Assembly (NCBI GenBank): GCA_035629775.1 | Contig: DASPHG010000006.1 | Location: 693 to 64,692 of the forward strand | Length of the DNA: 64,000 bases | Direction: 5' to 3' | From: Thermoleophilaceae bacterium | GTDB taxonomy: Bacteria > Actinomycetota > Thermoleophilia > Solirubrobacterales > Thermoleophilaceae | Part shown: in pieces, positions 30,364 to 40,601 of the stretch | Layout: each line of letters starts with the position of its first letter | Numbering within the stretch: the first letter of the stretch is position 1 | Translations under genes and position numbers: made by a program | The notes under the pieces: generated by a model | What the model saw: the letters and a program-made list of their open reading frames with translations, nothing else | What the model was told of the DNA's origin: nothing | Databases searched by the model: none

Positions 30364-30552
30364 ATGAAGCGGGAGAGCGACCTGGCCTCACGGGTAGCGC
30401 GCGGCGACTACGCGATCGACCCGGCCCGCGTGGCGGAGGCGATGCTTCGCCGCCGCGGCCCAGGGCTACTGATGCTCGTACCCGACGAGATCGAGCGCTC
30501 GCCCGTCCGCGGCCCGCAGGACGAACCCGACCCCGGGCTCAGCGCGGCCTAG
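30364..30552 (+). CDS. small hypothetical protein (weak FlgM-like motif)
   Basis: ATG start. The first ~28 codons are GC3-rich. [16 protein letters not shown] resembles the C-terminal helix of FlgM. The 3' 87 nt overlap thiL convergently. Confidence 0.3.
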   Translation: MKRESDLASRVARGDYAIDPARVAEAMLRRRGPGLLMLVPDEIERSPVRGPQDEPDPGLSAA

Positions 30553-31428
30553 CCAGGTGATCGGGGCGCCGGCGTCCGACGCCGCACGCTCCAGCGCCGC
30601 CTGCCGGTCCGGGGGCGCCGCAACCAGCAGCTCGTAGTCGTCGCCCCCGGTCGCTGCGAGCTCCAGCGGGTCGCGCCCGGCTGCGCGCGCGGCTGCCTCG
30701 ACTCCGGCTGCGAGCGGGATCCGCTCGAGCTCCACGACGATCCGGCAGCCGCTCCGCTCCGCGACGTGCCCGGCGTCCGTCGCGAGCCCGTCGCTCAGGT
30801 CGATCATCGCGCGCGCGCCGGCGCGAGCCATGGCGGCTCCGGCCGCGAGGCGCGGCTCGGGCCGGCGGTGCCGGGCGGAGAGCGCATCGGCCTCAGGCGC
30901 GTCCGTGGCCCCGTCGAGGACGAGCAGGCCGGCGGCCGCCGCGCCCAGCCGTCCCGTGACGCCGATCGCGTCGCCGGGGCGCGCCCCGTCGCGTCCCACG
31001 AGCGCCGCCTCCTCGTCGGCCCAGCCGGTCACGCAGACGGTCACGGTCAGCGCTGCCGCAGAGATCACGTCGCCACCGGCGATCACGACGTCGTGCCGGG
31101 CGGCCAGCTCCTCCATCGCGGCGACGAGGGCGCGGGCGGCATCCGCTTCGAAGTCCGGCGGCAGCGCGAGCGCCACGTGAGCCTCGCCCGGGTCGGCGCC
31201 CATGGCGGCCAGGTCCGAGAGCGCCGTGGCGAGCGCCTTGTGGCCGATGTCGGCGGGCGAATGCGTCTCGAGCCGGAAATGGGTCCCCTCGGTGACCGCG
31301 TCGATCGACGTGACGGCGAGGCCTCGGGCGCGCACGACCGACGCGTCGTCGCCAGGTCCGCGCAGCAGGCGGCCCCCGCGCGTCCCGAGCAGCTCCTCGA
31401 ACGATCGGATCAACTCACGCTCGCCCAC
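30466..31428 (-). CDS. thiL: thiamine-monophosphate kinase
   Basis: GERELIRSF...GPGDDASVV...[12 protein letters not shown]... AIR-synthase-like fold motifs. Confidence 0.9.
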   Translation of the reverse strand: MGERELIRSFEELLGTRGGRLLRGPGDDASVVRARGLAVTSIDAVTEGTHFRLETHSPADIGHKALATALSDLAAMGADPGEAHVALALPPDFEADAARALVAAMEELAARHDVVIAGGDVISAAALTVTVCVTGWADEEAALVGRDGARPGDAIGVTGRLGAAAAGLLVLDGATDAPEADALSARHRRPEPRLAAGAAMARAGARAMIDLSDGLATDAGHVAERSGCRIVVELERIPLAAGVEAAARAAGRDPLELAATGGDDYELLVAAPPDRQAALERAASDAGAPITWLGRAEPGVGFVLRAADGRALDLVGYEHQ

Positions 31429-31445
31429 GAATACAGTCTGACCGC

Positions 31446-32423
31446 ATGGCCGACCAGCCCTCGCAGACGCTGCTCGAGCGCGCGGGCTCCACGGCGGCCA
31501 GCCTGAGCGAGCTCGGGTCCGACAATCCGCGTGCCCGCCGCGCGATCGAGATCGGGGCGGGCGTCCTCGTCGCGGCCTTCCTCATCGGCTTCATCGCGAC
31601 GCAGTGGGGACAGCTGCCCGACTACGACTGGGAGTTCCGTCCCGGGTGGTTGGCGGCGTCGGCGGTCGCGGTCGCGCTCTTCTACGCGATCCAGTGCGAA
31701 GCCTGGCTGGCGATCCTCCGCTCGCTGGGCGAGCATCTTCACCCGCGCGCCGCGCGCGCCGTGTGGGGCAAGTCGCTGATCGCGCGCTACGTCCCGACGA
31801 ACGCGTTGATGGTGGTCGGCCGCGTCGTGATGGCGGAGCGCTACGGCGTGACGAAGCGCGGCTGCCTCGCAAGCATCGTCTACGAGCTCGCGCTGGCGGT
31901 CGTGACGGCGGTGATGGTCGGGGCGTATTTCGTGATCACGCTCCCGCGGCTCGAGGAGCAGCCGGCGCGCTACGCGATCCTCGTCGTGATCCCGCTGGCA
32001 TTCGTTGTCCTCCACCCGCGGATCTTCAAGCGCCTTGCCGACTTCGCGCTGCGCAAGCTGGGCCGCGCGCCGCTGCCCGCCACGCTCCCGTTCGGCCGCG
32101 TGATCCAGGTCGCGTTGATCTACCTCGCGGGCTGGGTGACGATGGGCCTTGCGGTCGTCGCGTTCGCCTCGGCGCTCCACCCCCTCGCCACCGAGGACGT
32201 GGCCTATGCCGCGGCGGCCTATCCCGTCGCGTTCTGCGCGGCGGTCCTCGTGTTCGTCATCCCCGGCGGCCTCGGCGCGCGCGACGCCGCCCTCGCGGTC
32301 TCGCTCGCGGCGGTTCTGCCCGGCGCTGTCGCGACCGCGATCGCTGTCGCGTTCCGCATCTTCCAGACCGTCGTGGAGTTGTTGTACGTGGCGGTCGTCA
32401 CCGCTCGCGGACGCGGGAGCTGA
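31446..32423 (+). CDS. lysylphosphatidylglycerol-synthase-TM-region-like (flippase-like, UPF0104) membrane protein
   Basis: 325 aa with about 8 TM helices. ...[12 protein letters not shown]... is the motif typical of this family. Confidence 0.65.
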   Translation: MADQPSQTLLERAGSTAASLSELGSDNPRARRAIEIGAGVLVAAFLIGFIATQWGQLPDYDWEFRPGWLAASAVAVALFYAIQCEAWLAILRSLGEHLHPRAARAVWGKSLIARYVPTNALMVVGRVVMAERYGVTKRGCLASIVYELALAVVTAVMVGAYFVITLPRLEEQPARYAILVVIPLAFVVLHPRIFKRLADFALRKLGRAPLPATLPFGRVIQVALIYLAGWVTMGLAVVAFASALHPLATEDVAYAAAAYPVAFCAAVLVFVIPGGLGARDAALAVSLAAVLPGAVATAIAVAFRIFQTVVELLYVAVVTARGRGS

Positions 32424-32469
32424 CGGCGGGCGGCGGGGGCCGCACGTCTATCCTGGCCGCCGCCTCCCG

Positions 32470-33642
32470 ATGCGCCTGCGCACCCCTGAAAAGACCGCTC
32501 TCGGCGCCGTCCTGGCGGCCGCTGTCCTGTCCGGCGTGCCGGCCCAGGCCTCCGCCTCGCACGGCCCGAGGGCCTTCGACGCGGTCGCCACGATCACGGC
32601 CTGCCGCGGCGAGAGCCTGACGATCGCCGCCGAGATCGAGCCGGCGGCCCAGGGCGTCGACCCGAGCGCCGTCCGGCGCGCCCGGCGGAAGGTCAGGCGG
32701 GCGAAGCTGATGATCCGCTTCGAGGCTGCGCCGATCTTCGGTCAGGTGCATCGCAGCCGCGAGTTCGACCTCGGCCGGATCACGAGCGCCCGCCGCTTCG
32801 AGCGCTTCACGGGCCTTCCGGCTCAGAGCTACACCGGCGTGGTGCGCTACCGCTGGGTGAAGAAGTCAGGCACCGTGCTGTCGGGCGTCGTCCGCACCCG
32901 GCGCGCGCGCGCGGCCGGCCGGCGCGGGAAGGCGTTCTGCTCGCTCGAGGTGGGCGAGCGCCGGAAGGACACGACGCCGCCCGTGATCATCCCCCTGCCC
33001 TTCGACCCAACATGGAGGCGAGGGCCGATCGACGTGCAGTTCTTCGCCGCCGACGACTTCTCCGGCGTGGCGCTCGTTGCGTCCCGGGTCGATGGCGGCC
33101 CGTTCACGCGCGGCCGGACCAAGCAGGTCAGCGGGGAGGGCACGCACCGGCTCGAGTACTTCGCGCGCGATGCGGCGGGCAATCAGACGCGCCTCTTCGG
33201 CGTCACCCTGCGGGTGGACGACAACCCGCCGACCGCGCCGACGGTGACGGCGCCGGCCAGCCCGACGACCGACACCACTCCCGAGATCCGCTGGGACGCG
33301 TCCACCGATGCGGCCTCCGGGGTCGCCGGATACCTCGCGTTCGTGCGCGACTCACAGGGAACCATCATCTGGTCGCGCCACCTGCCCGGCACGGCGAGTC
33401 TCGCCGCCGTGGTTGACGAGGTCCTCGCGCCCGGCAGCTACACGGCCGAGGTGCTGGCCTACGACCGCGCGACGCCGCGGCCCTTCATCGCCGCCGGGAC
33501 GCTCCCCTTCGCCGTGGTCCCTCCGCCGCCTGACACCGACGGCGACGGCGTGCCCGATCCCGACGACAACTGCGAAACGGTCGCGAACCCCGACCAGGCG
33601 GATACCGATACCGACGGCATCGGCGACGCCTGCGACCCCTAG
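32470..33642 (+). CDS. secreted protein with Ig-like modules and C-terminal thrombospondin type-3 (Ca-binding) repeats
   Basis: ATG 32470 gives the signal peptide MRLRTPEKTALGAVLAAAVLSGVPAQASA. The C-terminus is DTDGDGVPDPDDNCETVANPDQADTDTDGIGDACDP. Confidence 0.75.
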   Translation: MRLRTPEKTALGAVLAAAVLSGVPAQASASHGPRAFDAVATITACRGESLTIAAEIEPAAQGVDPSAVRRARRKVRRAKLMIRFEAAPIFGQVHRSREFDLGRITSARRFERFTGLPAQSYTGVVRYRWVKKSGTVLSGVVRTRRARAAGRRGKAFCSLEVGERRKDTTPPVIIPLPFDPTWRRGPIDVQFFAADDFSGVALVASRVDGGPFTRGRTKQVSGEGTHRLEYFARDAAGNQTRLFGVTLRVDDNPPTAPTVTAPASPTTDTTPEIRWDASTDAASGVAGYLAFVRDSQGTIIWSRHLPGTASLAAVVDEVLAPGSYTAEVLAYDRATPRPFIAAGTLPFAVVPPPPDTDGDGVPDPDDNCETVANPDQADTDTDGIGDACDP

Positions 33643-34877
33643 AGCGGCACCGCGATCACGAGCATCCACGCGCACAGCGCGCCGGTGGCGATCGCGAGCC
33701 GACGGTCGGTCGCGAGCGCCGCGAACGGCAGGAGCCACAGCGCGTACCACGGCACGAGCCACGCCGACGCCACGAGGAGGGCGGCAGTCGCCCATCCGGC
33801 CATCGTGATCGGGTCTGCGCCGCGCCAGGTCCGAAGCAGTAGCCAGGCCGCGAGTGCCGCGAACCCTGCGGCGTACGCGGCCCGCACCGCATCCCGGTAG
33901 TCCAGCCGGTCGCCCGGGAGCACCGCGCCCAGCAGCTCGGCCGTCTTGTACGGGAAGGACCAGCGCGAGCTGCGTTCCTGGTTGTCCGACAGCAGGCCGA
34001 GCGCGTCCAGCGCGTCGGCGCCGAAGCCGGCCAGCGCCGCCAGGCCGACCAGCACGGCGGCGATCCCCACTCCGACGAGCGCGCGCGCCCGCGGCCGCGC
34101 CGCGGCGACGAGGAACGGGATCACGAGCCCCGCGGACGCCTTCACCCCCGCCGCGGCGCCCGTCCACGCCCCGGCCGCGACCGGCCGCCCGGCGACGAAC
34201 GCGAGCACCCCGACCATGGTGAGCAGCACGACGTATGCCTCGTTGTGCGCGCCGGCGACCACGTGCGCGAGCGTGAGCGGGTTCAGGCCGACGAACGCCG
34301 CCGCGCCCCGCGGATCGCGTCCCAGTCGCTCGGCGATCCGCCATACGACCGCGACGAGCGCGAGCGACGCCGCGGCGGCGACGAGCTTCAGGATCCAGAA
34401 CGCGGTCGACACCCCGACGCCGGCGAGCGGATAGGTCGCCAGCGTGAACAGCGGGCCGTACGCGGACGTCGCGTCCTTCGACCCGGCGTACGGGTAGACC
34501 GGGTCGCCGGGGGCATCCGCGGGCGCGTGCTCGTACGGGTTCAGGTCGTGCTCGACACCGAGGCGGGCGTAGGCGATGTAGGAGAACACGTCCTGTGAGA
34601 GGAGCGGCGGCGCGAGCAGGAAGAGCAGGTGAGCCGCCACGAGCGCGCCGATGACCGCGTCACGGCTCAGACGCTCCGCCCGCGTCACGACCACCGCCCA
34701 CAGCACGAGCGCCAGCCACAGCCCGGCGTAGAAGAGCGGACCGCCGAGCGGGCCGTCGGTCCAGTCCGCGCCGGCGAAGCGCAGCGGGCCGAGCAGCCAG
34801 TCCGGTGAGCCGCCGGCGGTGGCCAGCACCAGGTTCGACCCGGCGGCGGCGGGCAGCACCGCCAGCGCGACGTACAC
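33639..34877 (-). CDS. GT87/DUF2029-like polyprenol-phosphate-mannose-dependent glycosyltransferase (MptB-like)
   Basis: Polytopic. SQDVFSYIAYARLGVEHDLNPY...YGPLF is the loop motif typical of this GT-C family. Confidence 0.7.
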   Translation of the reverse strand: MYVALAVLPAAAGSNLVLATAGGSPDWLLGPLRFAGADWTDGPLGGPLFYAGLWLALVLWAVVVTRAERLSRDAVIGALVAAHLLFLLAPPLLSQDVFSYIAYARLGVEHDLNPYEHAPADAPGDPVYPYAGSKDATSAYGPLFTLATYPLAGVGVSTAFWILKLVAAAASLALVAVVWRIAERLGRDPRGAAAFVGLNPLTLAHVVAGAHNEAYVVLLTMVGVLAFVAGRPVAAGAWTGAAAGVKASAGLVIPFLVAAARPRARALVGVGIAAVLVGLAALAGFGADALDALGLLSDNQERSSRWSFPYKTAELLGAVLPGDRLDYRDAVRAAYAAGFAALAAWLLLRTWRGADPITMAGWATAALLVASAWLVPWYALWLLPFAALATDRRLAIATGALCAWMLVIAVPL

Positions 34878-34917
34878 GACGCCGAGTGCGACAAGCGCCG
34901 CCGCGGCGGCGCGCCGG

Positions 34918-37089
34918 CTAGCGGTCCCCGTCGCCGCGGCCCTCCGGCGGGCTCGCTCCGCCGGTGTCGTCGGGTTCCGCGGGCGGCGGCCCCGTCTCGG
35001 GCGCCTCCTGCGGCGGCGACTCGTACAGGCGCGGGTCGTAGCCGCTGTAGTCGTCGCCGCCGGCGGAGTTGTCGCCCGGCCCCTCGGGCGCCGGCGCCGT
35101 GTAATCGGAGCTGTAGTCCGTGTCCGTGCTCGTCCCGGTGGAGGCGTACTCGCCGTAGAACGGCGTGAACTCGGGCTCGTCGACCGGCTCGCGGAACGAG
35201 TCGCAGTCCGCGCCCTTCGCCACGCTCATGAACGACTGCCAGATCTGGGCCGGGAACGTGCCGCCCGCGACGCTGATGCCGTGGACGCTCGTCATCTCGA
35301 CGAGCGCGTTCGGATAGCCCACCCACACCGAGGCGGCCAGGTGCGGCGTGTACCCGACGAACCACGCGTCGTTGAAGTTGTCCGTCGTGCCCGTCTTCCC
35401 CGCGGCAGGGCAGCCCATCTGGGCGGCGGTGCCGGTGCCCGACGTCACGTTCATCTCGAGGATCTTGGTGGCCTCGTGCGCCACCCACTCGGGCAGGACG
35501 CGCTTGCGCTTCGGCTTGCCCAGCTCGTCCACCTTGCCGTCGGGGAACTCGACCTCGGTGATCGCGATCGGTTCGTTGTGCACGCCGTAGGAGGAGAGCG
35601 TCGCGTAGGCGTTCGCCATCTCGAGCGGGGACACGCCCAGCCGCAGGCCACCGAGGCCCTCGGCGGGGATGCCGTCGAGCTGCGTCTCGATCCCCATCAG
35701 CTCCGCGGTCTCCTTGACGTTCTCGGGACCGAGGTCGATGTCGAGCTGGGCGAACACCGAGTTGTCCGAGCGCAGCGTCGCGCGGACGAGGTCCATGGTC
35801 CCGCCGTAGGAGTCGTCGTAGGTGGAGACCTTCCACGGCCCGTAGCCCGGGACGTCCAGATCGAGCGGCTTCGAGGTGTAGGTGGTCGAGTTCGGATCGA
35901 CGCCCTGGCGCAGCGCGGTGACGAGAACGAAGGTCTTGAACGCCGAGCCGGGCTGGCGGTGCCCCTGCGCGGCCAGGTTGAAGTTCCGCTCGCCGTAGCT
36001 GCCGCTCGACGCCATCGCGCGGATGTAGCCGTTGCTCGGGTCGATCGCCACGATCGCCGAGCTCGGGTCGGTGGAGTAGGGAAGCGCGCCGTTGATCGCC
36101 GCCCGTCCGGCCTCCTGGAGGTCGGGGTCGATCGTCGTGTGGATCTTGAGTCCGCCGCGGCGGTAGACGCCGACGCCGTACTCCTCGATCAGCTGCTCCT
36201 CGACGTAGTCGAAGAAGTACGGCTCGCGCCGGGTCGTGTAGCGCTCGATGCCGGGGTCGAGGCCGAGCGGCTGCGTGGACGCCTCGCGGTACTCCGCGAG
36301 CGTGATGAAGCCGGTCTCGGCCATCGCCTGCAGGACCTCGTTGCGCCGCTCGAGCGCGGCGGTGGGGTTCCGGAACGGGTTGTACTGCGACGGCGCCTGT
36401 GGCAGGCCGGCCAAAAGCGCCGCCTCGTGCAGCTCGAGCTTGTGCGCGTGCTTGTCGAAGTAGGAGCGCGCGGCCGCCTGGACGCCGATCGCGGTGCGCC
36501 CCTCGTTCGTCCCGTAGGGGACGGAGTTCAGGTACTCGCGGAGGATCCAGTTCTTGCCGGCCCGGCCCGGGTGCTCGTCCTCGAGCTCCTGGGCGAGCTT
36601 GGCCTCGCGGATCTTCCGCTCGAACGTCCGCTCGGGGTCGTCGATGTAAAGGGCGCGGACGAGCTGCTGGGTGATCGTCGAGCCGCCCTGCACGGCGTCG
36701 CCCGACTCGAGGTTCTTGACGCCGGCGCGGATGATCGCCGAGAAGTCCACGCCCTCGTGCTCGTAGAAGCGCTCGTCCTCGATCGCGACGGTGGCCTCGC
36801 GGACCGCGGGCGGCATCTCGCTCCACGGGATCGGCGTGCGGATCTCGTCCGAGCGCACGTACCCGAGCCGGGAGCCGTCGGCGGCGAAGACAACCGAGGT
36901 CTGTCCCTTGTCGGCCGGCTTCAGCTCGGAGAGCGGCGGCGTGTCGGCCGCGATCGCGATCACGTACCCGACCGCGGACACCCCGACCGCGGCGACGATC
37001 AGGAGCGGTACGAGGACGGCGAGGAGCGCCGGGTTCCGCCGGGCGCCGCGCCGGCCCTTCCGACGGGCTTTCCGCTGGCGATAGGTCAT
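34918..37089 (-). CDS. ponA: class A penicillin-binding protein (transglycosylase + transpeptidase)
   Basis: GT51 motifs VAIEDERFYEHEGVD and GGSTITQQL. Transpeptidase motifs GSAFKTF (SxxK) and KTGTT. Pro/Gly/Asp-rich tail. Confidence 0.92.
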   Translation of the reverse strand: MTYRQRKARRKGRRGARRNPALLAVLVPLLIVAAVGVSAVGYVIAIAADTPPLSELKPADKGQTSVVFAADGSRLGYVRSDEIRTPIPWSEMPPAVREATVAIEDERFYEHEGVDFSAIIRAGVKNLESGDAVQGGSTITQQLVRALYIDDPERTFERKIREAKLAQELEDEHPGRAGKNWILREYLNSVPYGTNEGRTAIGVQAAARSYFDKHAHKLELHEAALLAGLPQAPSQYNPFRNPTAALERRNEVLQAMAETGFITLAEYREASTQPLGLDPGIERYTTRREPYFFDYVEEQLIEEYGVGVYRRGGLKIHTTIDPDLQEAGRAAINGALPYSTDPSSAIVAIDPSNGYIRAMASSGSYGERNFNLAAQGHRQPGSAFKTFVLVTALRQGVDPNSTTYTSKPLDLDVPGYGPWKVSTYDDSYGGTMDLVRATLRSDNSVFAQLDIDLGPENVKETAELMGIETQLDGIPAEGLGGLRLGVSPLEMANAYATLSSYGVHNEPIAITEVEFPDGKVDELGKPKRKRVLPEWVAHEATKILEMNVTSGTGTAAQMGCPAAGKTGTTDNFNDAWFVGYTPHLAASVWVGYPNALVEMTSVHGISVAGGTFPAQIWQSFMSVAKGADCDSFREPVDEPEFTPFYGEYASTGTSTDTDYSSDYTAPAPEGPGDNSAGGDDYSGYDPRLYESPPQEAPETGPPPAEPDDTGGASPPEGRGDGDR

Positions 37090-37820
37090 TCGGGAGTGAA
37101 GGCTAGACCTTCACTCCTAAGCGATTCGAGGGCGGCGGCCCGGACCCTTGCGGCGACCTTCCCGCGCTCGCGCGCCGTGTCCGCCCAGGTCGCGGCGACG
37201 AGCTTCACCCCGTCCTTGTCCACCTGGGCGATTTCGACGTCGACGTCGGGCCCTCCGACGACCGCGAGCGCGCGGACGGCATCGGCCTCCGGCGGCAGCC
37301 ACAGCTCTACCTCGACGCGCACGCGCGGGTCCACGATCGTGTGGTTCTCGATCGGGCTCTGCGCGAGCCGCTCGTTCGGCACGACGAGGCGCGTGTCGTT
37401 CGCCTTGCGGATGAACGTGTAGGACAGCCGTATGTCCTCGACCGTGCCGCTCTCGCCCTCGAACGTCACGAGGTCGCCGATCCGGATCGGCTGTGTGATC
37501 GCGAGCAGGATCCCGGCGATCCCGTTGGCGAGGGTCTGGCGGGCCGCGAAGCCGACAACCAGGCCGAGCACCGCCGAGGACGCCAGCACGCCGGTCGCCA
37601 CGCGCTTGGCCTCCTCGAACTGGCTGAGGGCCAGCATCGCGCCGATCAGCACGATGGCCGCGAAGACGAGCCGCCGCACCATCCTCAGGCGCGTGTTCGC
37701 GACCGGCGAGAGGCCCTCGGTGATCGACTTGCCGCGCCGCGCAAGCATGCGGTCGACGATCTCGGCGATGGCGATCGCTACGACGACCGTGACGATCGCG
37801 GTGACAACATCCCCGTCCAC
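37086..37820 (-). CDS. mscS: small-conductance mechanosensitive channel (MscS family)
   Basis: GTG 37820. TM helices followed by ITQPIRIGDLVTFEGESGTVEDIRLSYTFIR...VVPNERL. Confidence 0.85.
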   Translation of the reverse strand: MDGDVVTAIVTVVVAIAIAEIVDRMLARRGKSITEGLSPVANTRLRMVRRLVFAAIVLIGAMLALSQFEEAKRVATGVLASSAVLGLVVGFAARQTLANGIAGILLAITQPIRIGDLVTFEGESGTVEDIRLSYTFIRKANDTRLVVPNERLAQSPIENHTIVDPRVRVEVELWLPPEADAVRALAVVGGPDVDVEIAQVDKDGVKLVAATWADTARERGKVAARVRAAALESLRSEGLAFTPE

Positions 37821-39011
37821 GTGAGGCGTGAGGCTACAGCCGCGTTCGCGGCGTCACGCGCGCTGGTGTACGCGATCGCCCTGTTCGCCGCGCTCTGGCT
37901 CGCCGCCGACGACAGCCCGAACGCGGCCAAGTTCGACGATCCGGAGCTGACTCATCCGTTCGGCGGGCTGGGCGACACGCTGTTCTCCCCACTCGCCCGG
38001 TGGGACGCCACGTGGTACCTCGAGATCGCGCGCGACGGCTACGAGGGCGGCGCCGACACCGCGTTCTTCCCGCTCTACCCGCTGCTCGTCCGGACGCTCG
38101 TCCTGCCGCACCCCTCCGAGGGCGCCCTGCTGGTGTCGGCGTACGTGGTCTCGCTCGCGTGCTTCCTGGGCGCGCTGTGGCTTCTAGCGCGGCTCGTCCG
38201 GCTCGAGCTGGGCCGTCCGGTGGCGGCCGCGACCGTGTGGCTCGTCGCCCTCTACCCGGCGTCGCTCTACTTCGGCGCGCCGTACTCCGAGAGCCTCTTC
38301 CTGCTCGTCTCGGTCGGCGCGTTCTACGCCGCCAGGACCGACCGCTGGGCGCTGGCCGGGGCGCTGGCGGCGGCGGCCACCGCCACGCGCAGCGCGGGGA
38401 TCGTCCTGCTCGTGCCGCTCGTGCTCATGTGGCTCGAGTCGCGCCCGAGACGTCCGTCCGGCGCGGCCTGGATCGCGCTCGCCCCGGCCGGCCTCGGCGC
38501 ATACGCGCTGTACCTCGCCATCGCGCACGGCGACGCGCTGGCGTTCGCTGACGCGCAGGAGGCGTGGTACCGGGAGTTCGCCGGCCCCTTCGTGGGCGTG
38601 TGGGACGGGGCGGTCGCCGCCTGGGACGGCGTGCGCCAGCTCGCGAGCGGCTCGCGCGAGACCGTCTACTTCGAGCCGGCGGGCGGCGACCCGTTTCAGG
38701 TGGCGGCGATCAACGTGCTCCTGTTCGCGTTCCTCGTGGCCGGCGTAGTGGCGGTGGTCGGCGCGTTCCGGCGGCTGCCGCGGGCGTACGGGGCCTACGC
38801 ACTGGCGGCGCTTGCGCTGCCGCTCTCCTACCCGGTCGCGCCGCAGCCCCTGATGTCGCTGCCGCGCTTCATGGCGGTCCTCTTCCCGCTTTTCGTCTGG
38901 CTCGCGCTGGTGGCGGAGGCGCGCGGCCGCACGCTCCACGTGGCGAGCGCCTTCGCGCTCGGCCTGGGCATGTTCACCACCCTGTTTGCGTCGTGGGAGT
39001 GGATCGCGTGA
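37821..39011 (+). CDS. GT-C family membrane glycosyltransferase (PIG-V/GT76-like mannosyltransferase)
   Basis: GTG 37821 (GTG 37866 is an alternative). ...FSPLARWDATWYLEIARDGY...AFFPLYPLL... followed by many TM helices. Confidence 0.7.
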   Translation: MRREATAAFAASRALVYAIALFAALWLAADDSPNAAKFDDPELTHPFGGLGDTLFSPLARWDATWYLEIARDGYEGGADTAFFPLYPLLVRTLVLPHPSEGALLVSAYVVSLACFLGALWLLARLVRLELGRPVAAATVWLVALYPASLYFGAPYSESLFLLVSVGAFYAARTDRWALAGALAAAATATRSAGIVLLVPLVLMWLESRPRRPSGAAWIALAPAGLGAYALYLAIAHGDALAFADAQEAWYREFAGPFVGVWDGAVAAWDGVRQLASGSRETVYFEPAGGDPFQVAAINVLLFAFLVAGVVAVVGAFRRLPRAYGAYALAALALPLSYPVAPQPLMSLPRFMAVLFPLFVWLALVAEARGRTLHVASAFALGLGMFTTLFASWEWIA

Positions 39012-39700
39012 GCGCCGTGCGCTGCGTGACGCTCGACGTGTTCGGCACGCTGGTGGAGCTCGACTCGCCGGCTCCGTTGCTACGCGCGGAGATCGCGGAT
39101 CGCACAGGCGTCGACGTCGGCGAGGAGCGGGCGGCGGAGGCGTTCGGGGCGGAGATCTCCTACTACCTCGCGCATCACCTCGAGGGAAGCGACATGGCGG
39201 GCGTCGAGCGGCTCCGCGACCGCTGCGCCGAGGAGATCCGGCGCGTGCTCGCCCTGGACGGCCTCGACCACGCGACCGCGCGGGCGGCGATGCTGGCCGC
39301 CCTGCGGTTCCGCGCGTTCGCCGACGCGCTGCCGCTGCTCCGCGCGCTGCGCGACCGCGGCGTGCGCGTGGTCGCGGCGAGCAACTGGGACGCCTCACTG
39401 CCCGACACGCTCGAGCGCACCGGGTTGGCTCCGTATGTCGACGGAGCGGTGTCGTCGGCCGTCGTCGGCGCCGCGAAGCCGGACCCGGCGGTCTTCCGCG
39501 CGGCGCTGGCCGTCGCGGGATGCGAGCCCGGCGCGGCCTACCACGCCGGCGACTCGCCCGACGGCGACGTGGCGGGCGCGCAGACCGCCGGGATCAGGGT
39601 TGCGCTGCTCGACCGCGACGGCGTCCTGCCCGATCCGCCCGGCGGGGTGCCGAAGCTCAGGTCGCTCGATGAGCTGCCGTCCGTAATCTGGCCTGCTTGA
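39008..39700 (+). CDS. HAD-superfamily hydrolase
   Basis: GTGA overlap with the upstream gene. Motif I VTLDVFGTLV, motif II ASNWD, motif IV AGDSPDGDVAGA. Confidence 0.8.
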   Translation: MSAVRCVTLDVFGTLVELDSPAPLLRAEIADRTGVDVGEERAAEAFGAEISYYLAHHLEGSDMAGVERLRDRCAEEIRRVLALDGLDHATARAAMLAALRFRAFADALPLLRALRDRGVRVVAASNWDASLPDTLERTGLAPYVDGAVSSAVVGAAKPDPAVFRAALAVAGCEPGAAYHAGDSPDGDVAGAQTAGIRVALLDRDGVLPDPPGGVPKLRSLDELPSVIWPA

Positions 39701-40563
39701 CCACCGGGCCCGAGATCCAGGCGGCCGTTCACGGCGGGGCGCCGCCGAACCCCCCGGAGTTCCCGGCGGGAGCCGAGACCCCGCCGCGCTGGCCGGTCTG
39801 GTACGCGCCGGTGGGATTCATCGGCGGCTTCACGGTGACGCTCGTCGTCTCGGTGTTCGTGGGGTTGATCGCCGCGGCCGCCGGGGCGGACATCGAGGGC
39901 GAGACGCCGCCCGGCCTCGTTGTCGTCCTGACGCTGCTCCAGGCGCTCATCCTGTGCGGCACGGCGGTCGTGCTCGCCGCGCGGACGCGTCGGCCGCGGG
40001 CGTGGCACTTCGGCCTTCGCCGGGCGCGGTTCTGGCCCTCGCTCGGGTGGACCGCAGCGGGCTTCGGGGCATTCTTCGTGTTCGCGCTCGTCTACCAGGC
40101 GCTCGTGTCGCCGGAGGGCGAGCAGTCGGTGACCGAGGACCTGGGTGCCGACGAGAGCACCCTGGCGCTCGTGGGGGCGGGCATCGTGGTGATCGTCGTC
40201 GCCCCGATCGCGGAGGAGTTCTTCTTCCGCGGGTTCTTCTACCGCGCGCTGCGAACGCGGCTCGGCATCGTGGTCGCCGCGACCATCGACGGCGTCGTCT
40301 TCGGCCTCATCCACTACACGGGATCGGAAACGCTCGAGCTCCTGCCCGTGCTCGCCGTGCTCGGGGTCGTCTTCTGCCTCGTCTACGAGCGGACCGGCAC
40401 GCTGTACACGGCCATCGGGCTGCATGCGTTCAACAACGCGATCGCGTACGGCGTCGCGACGGACAGCGCGGAGGTCTCACTCATCGTCGGGCCGCTCATG
40501 CTCGCCGGCTGCATGGCGGCCCCGCGGCTCCTCCATCCCGCGCGCTCCCCGGCGCGCGCGTGA
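39697..40563 (+). CDS. CPBP (CAAX) family intramembrane glutamic endopeptidase
   Basis: TTG start overlapping the upstream stop. APIAEEFFFRGFFY, GLIHY and HAFNNAIAY motifs. Confidence 0.85.
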   Translation: MTTGPEIQAAVHGGAPPNPPEFPAGAETPPRWPVWYAPVGFIGGFTVTLVVSVFVGLIAAAAGADIEGETPPGLVVVLTLLQALILCGTAVVLAARTRRPRAWHFGLRRARFWPSLGWTAAGFGAFFVFALVYQALVSPEGEQSVTEDLGADESTLALVGAGIVVIVVAPIAEEFFFRGFFYRALRTRLGIVVAATIDGVVFGLIHYTGSETLELLPVLAVLGVVFCLVYERTGTLYTAIGLHAFNNAIAYGVATDSAEVSLIVGPLMLAGCMAAPRLLHPARSPARA

Positions 40564-40601
40564 GGCCGGAGCATCGCCGTTCGCGGCTATTCTCCGGCCC
40601 A

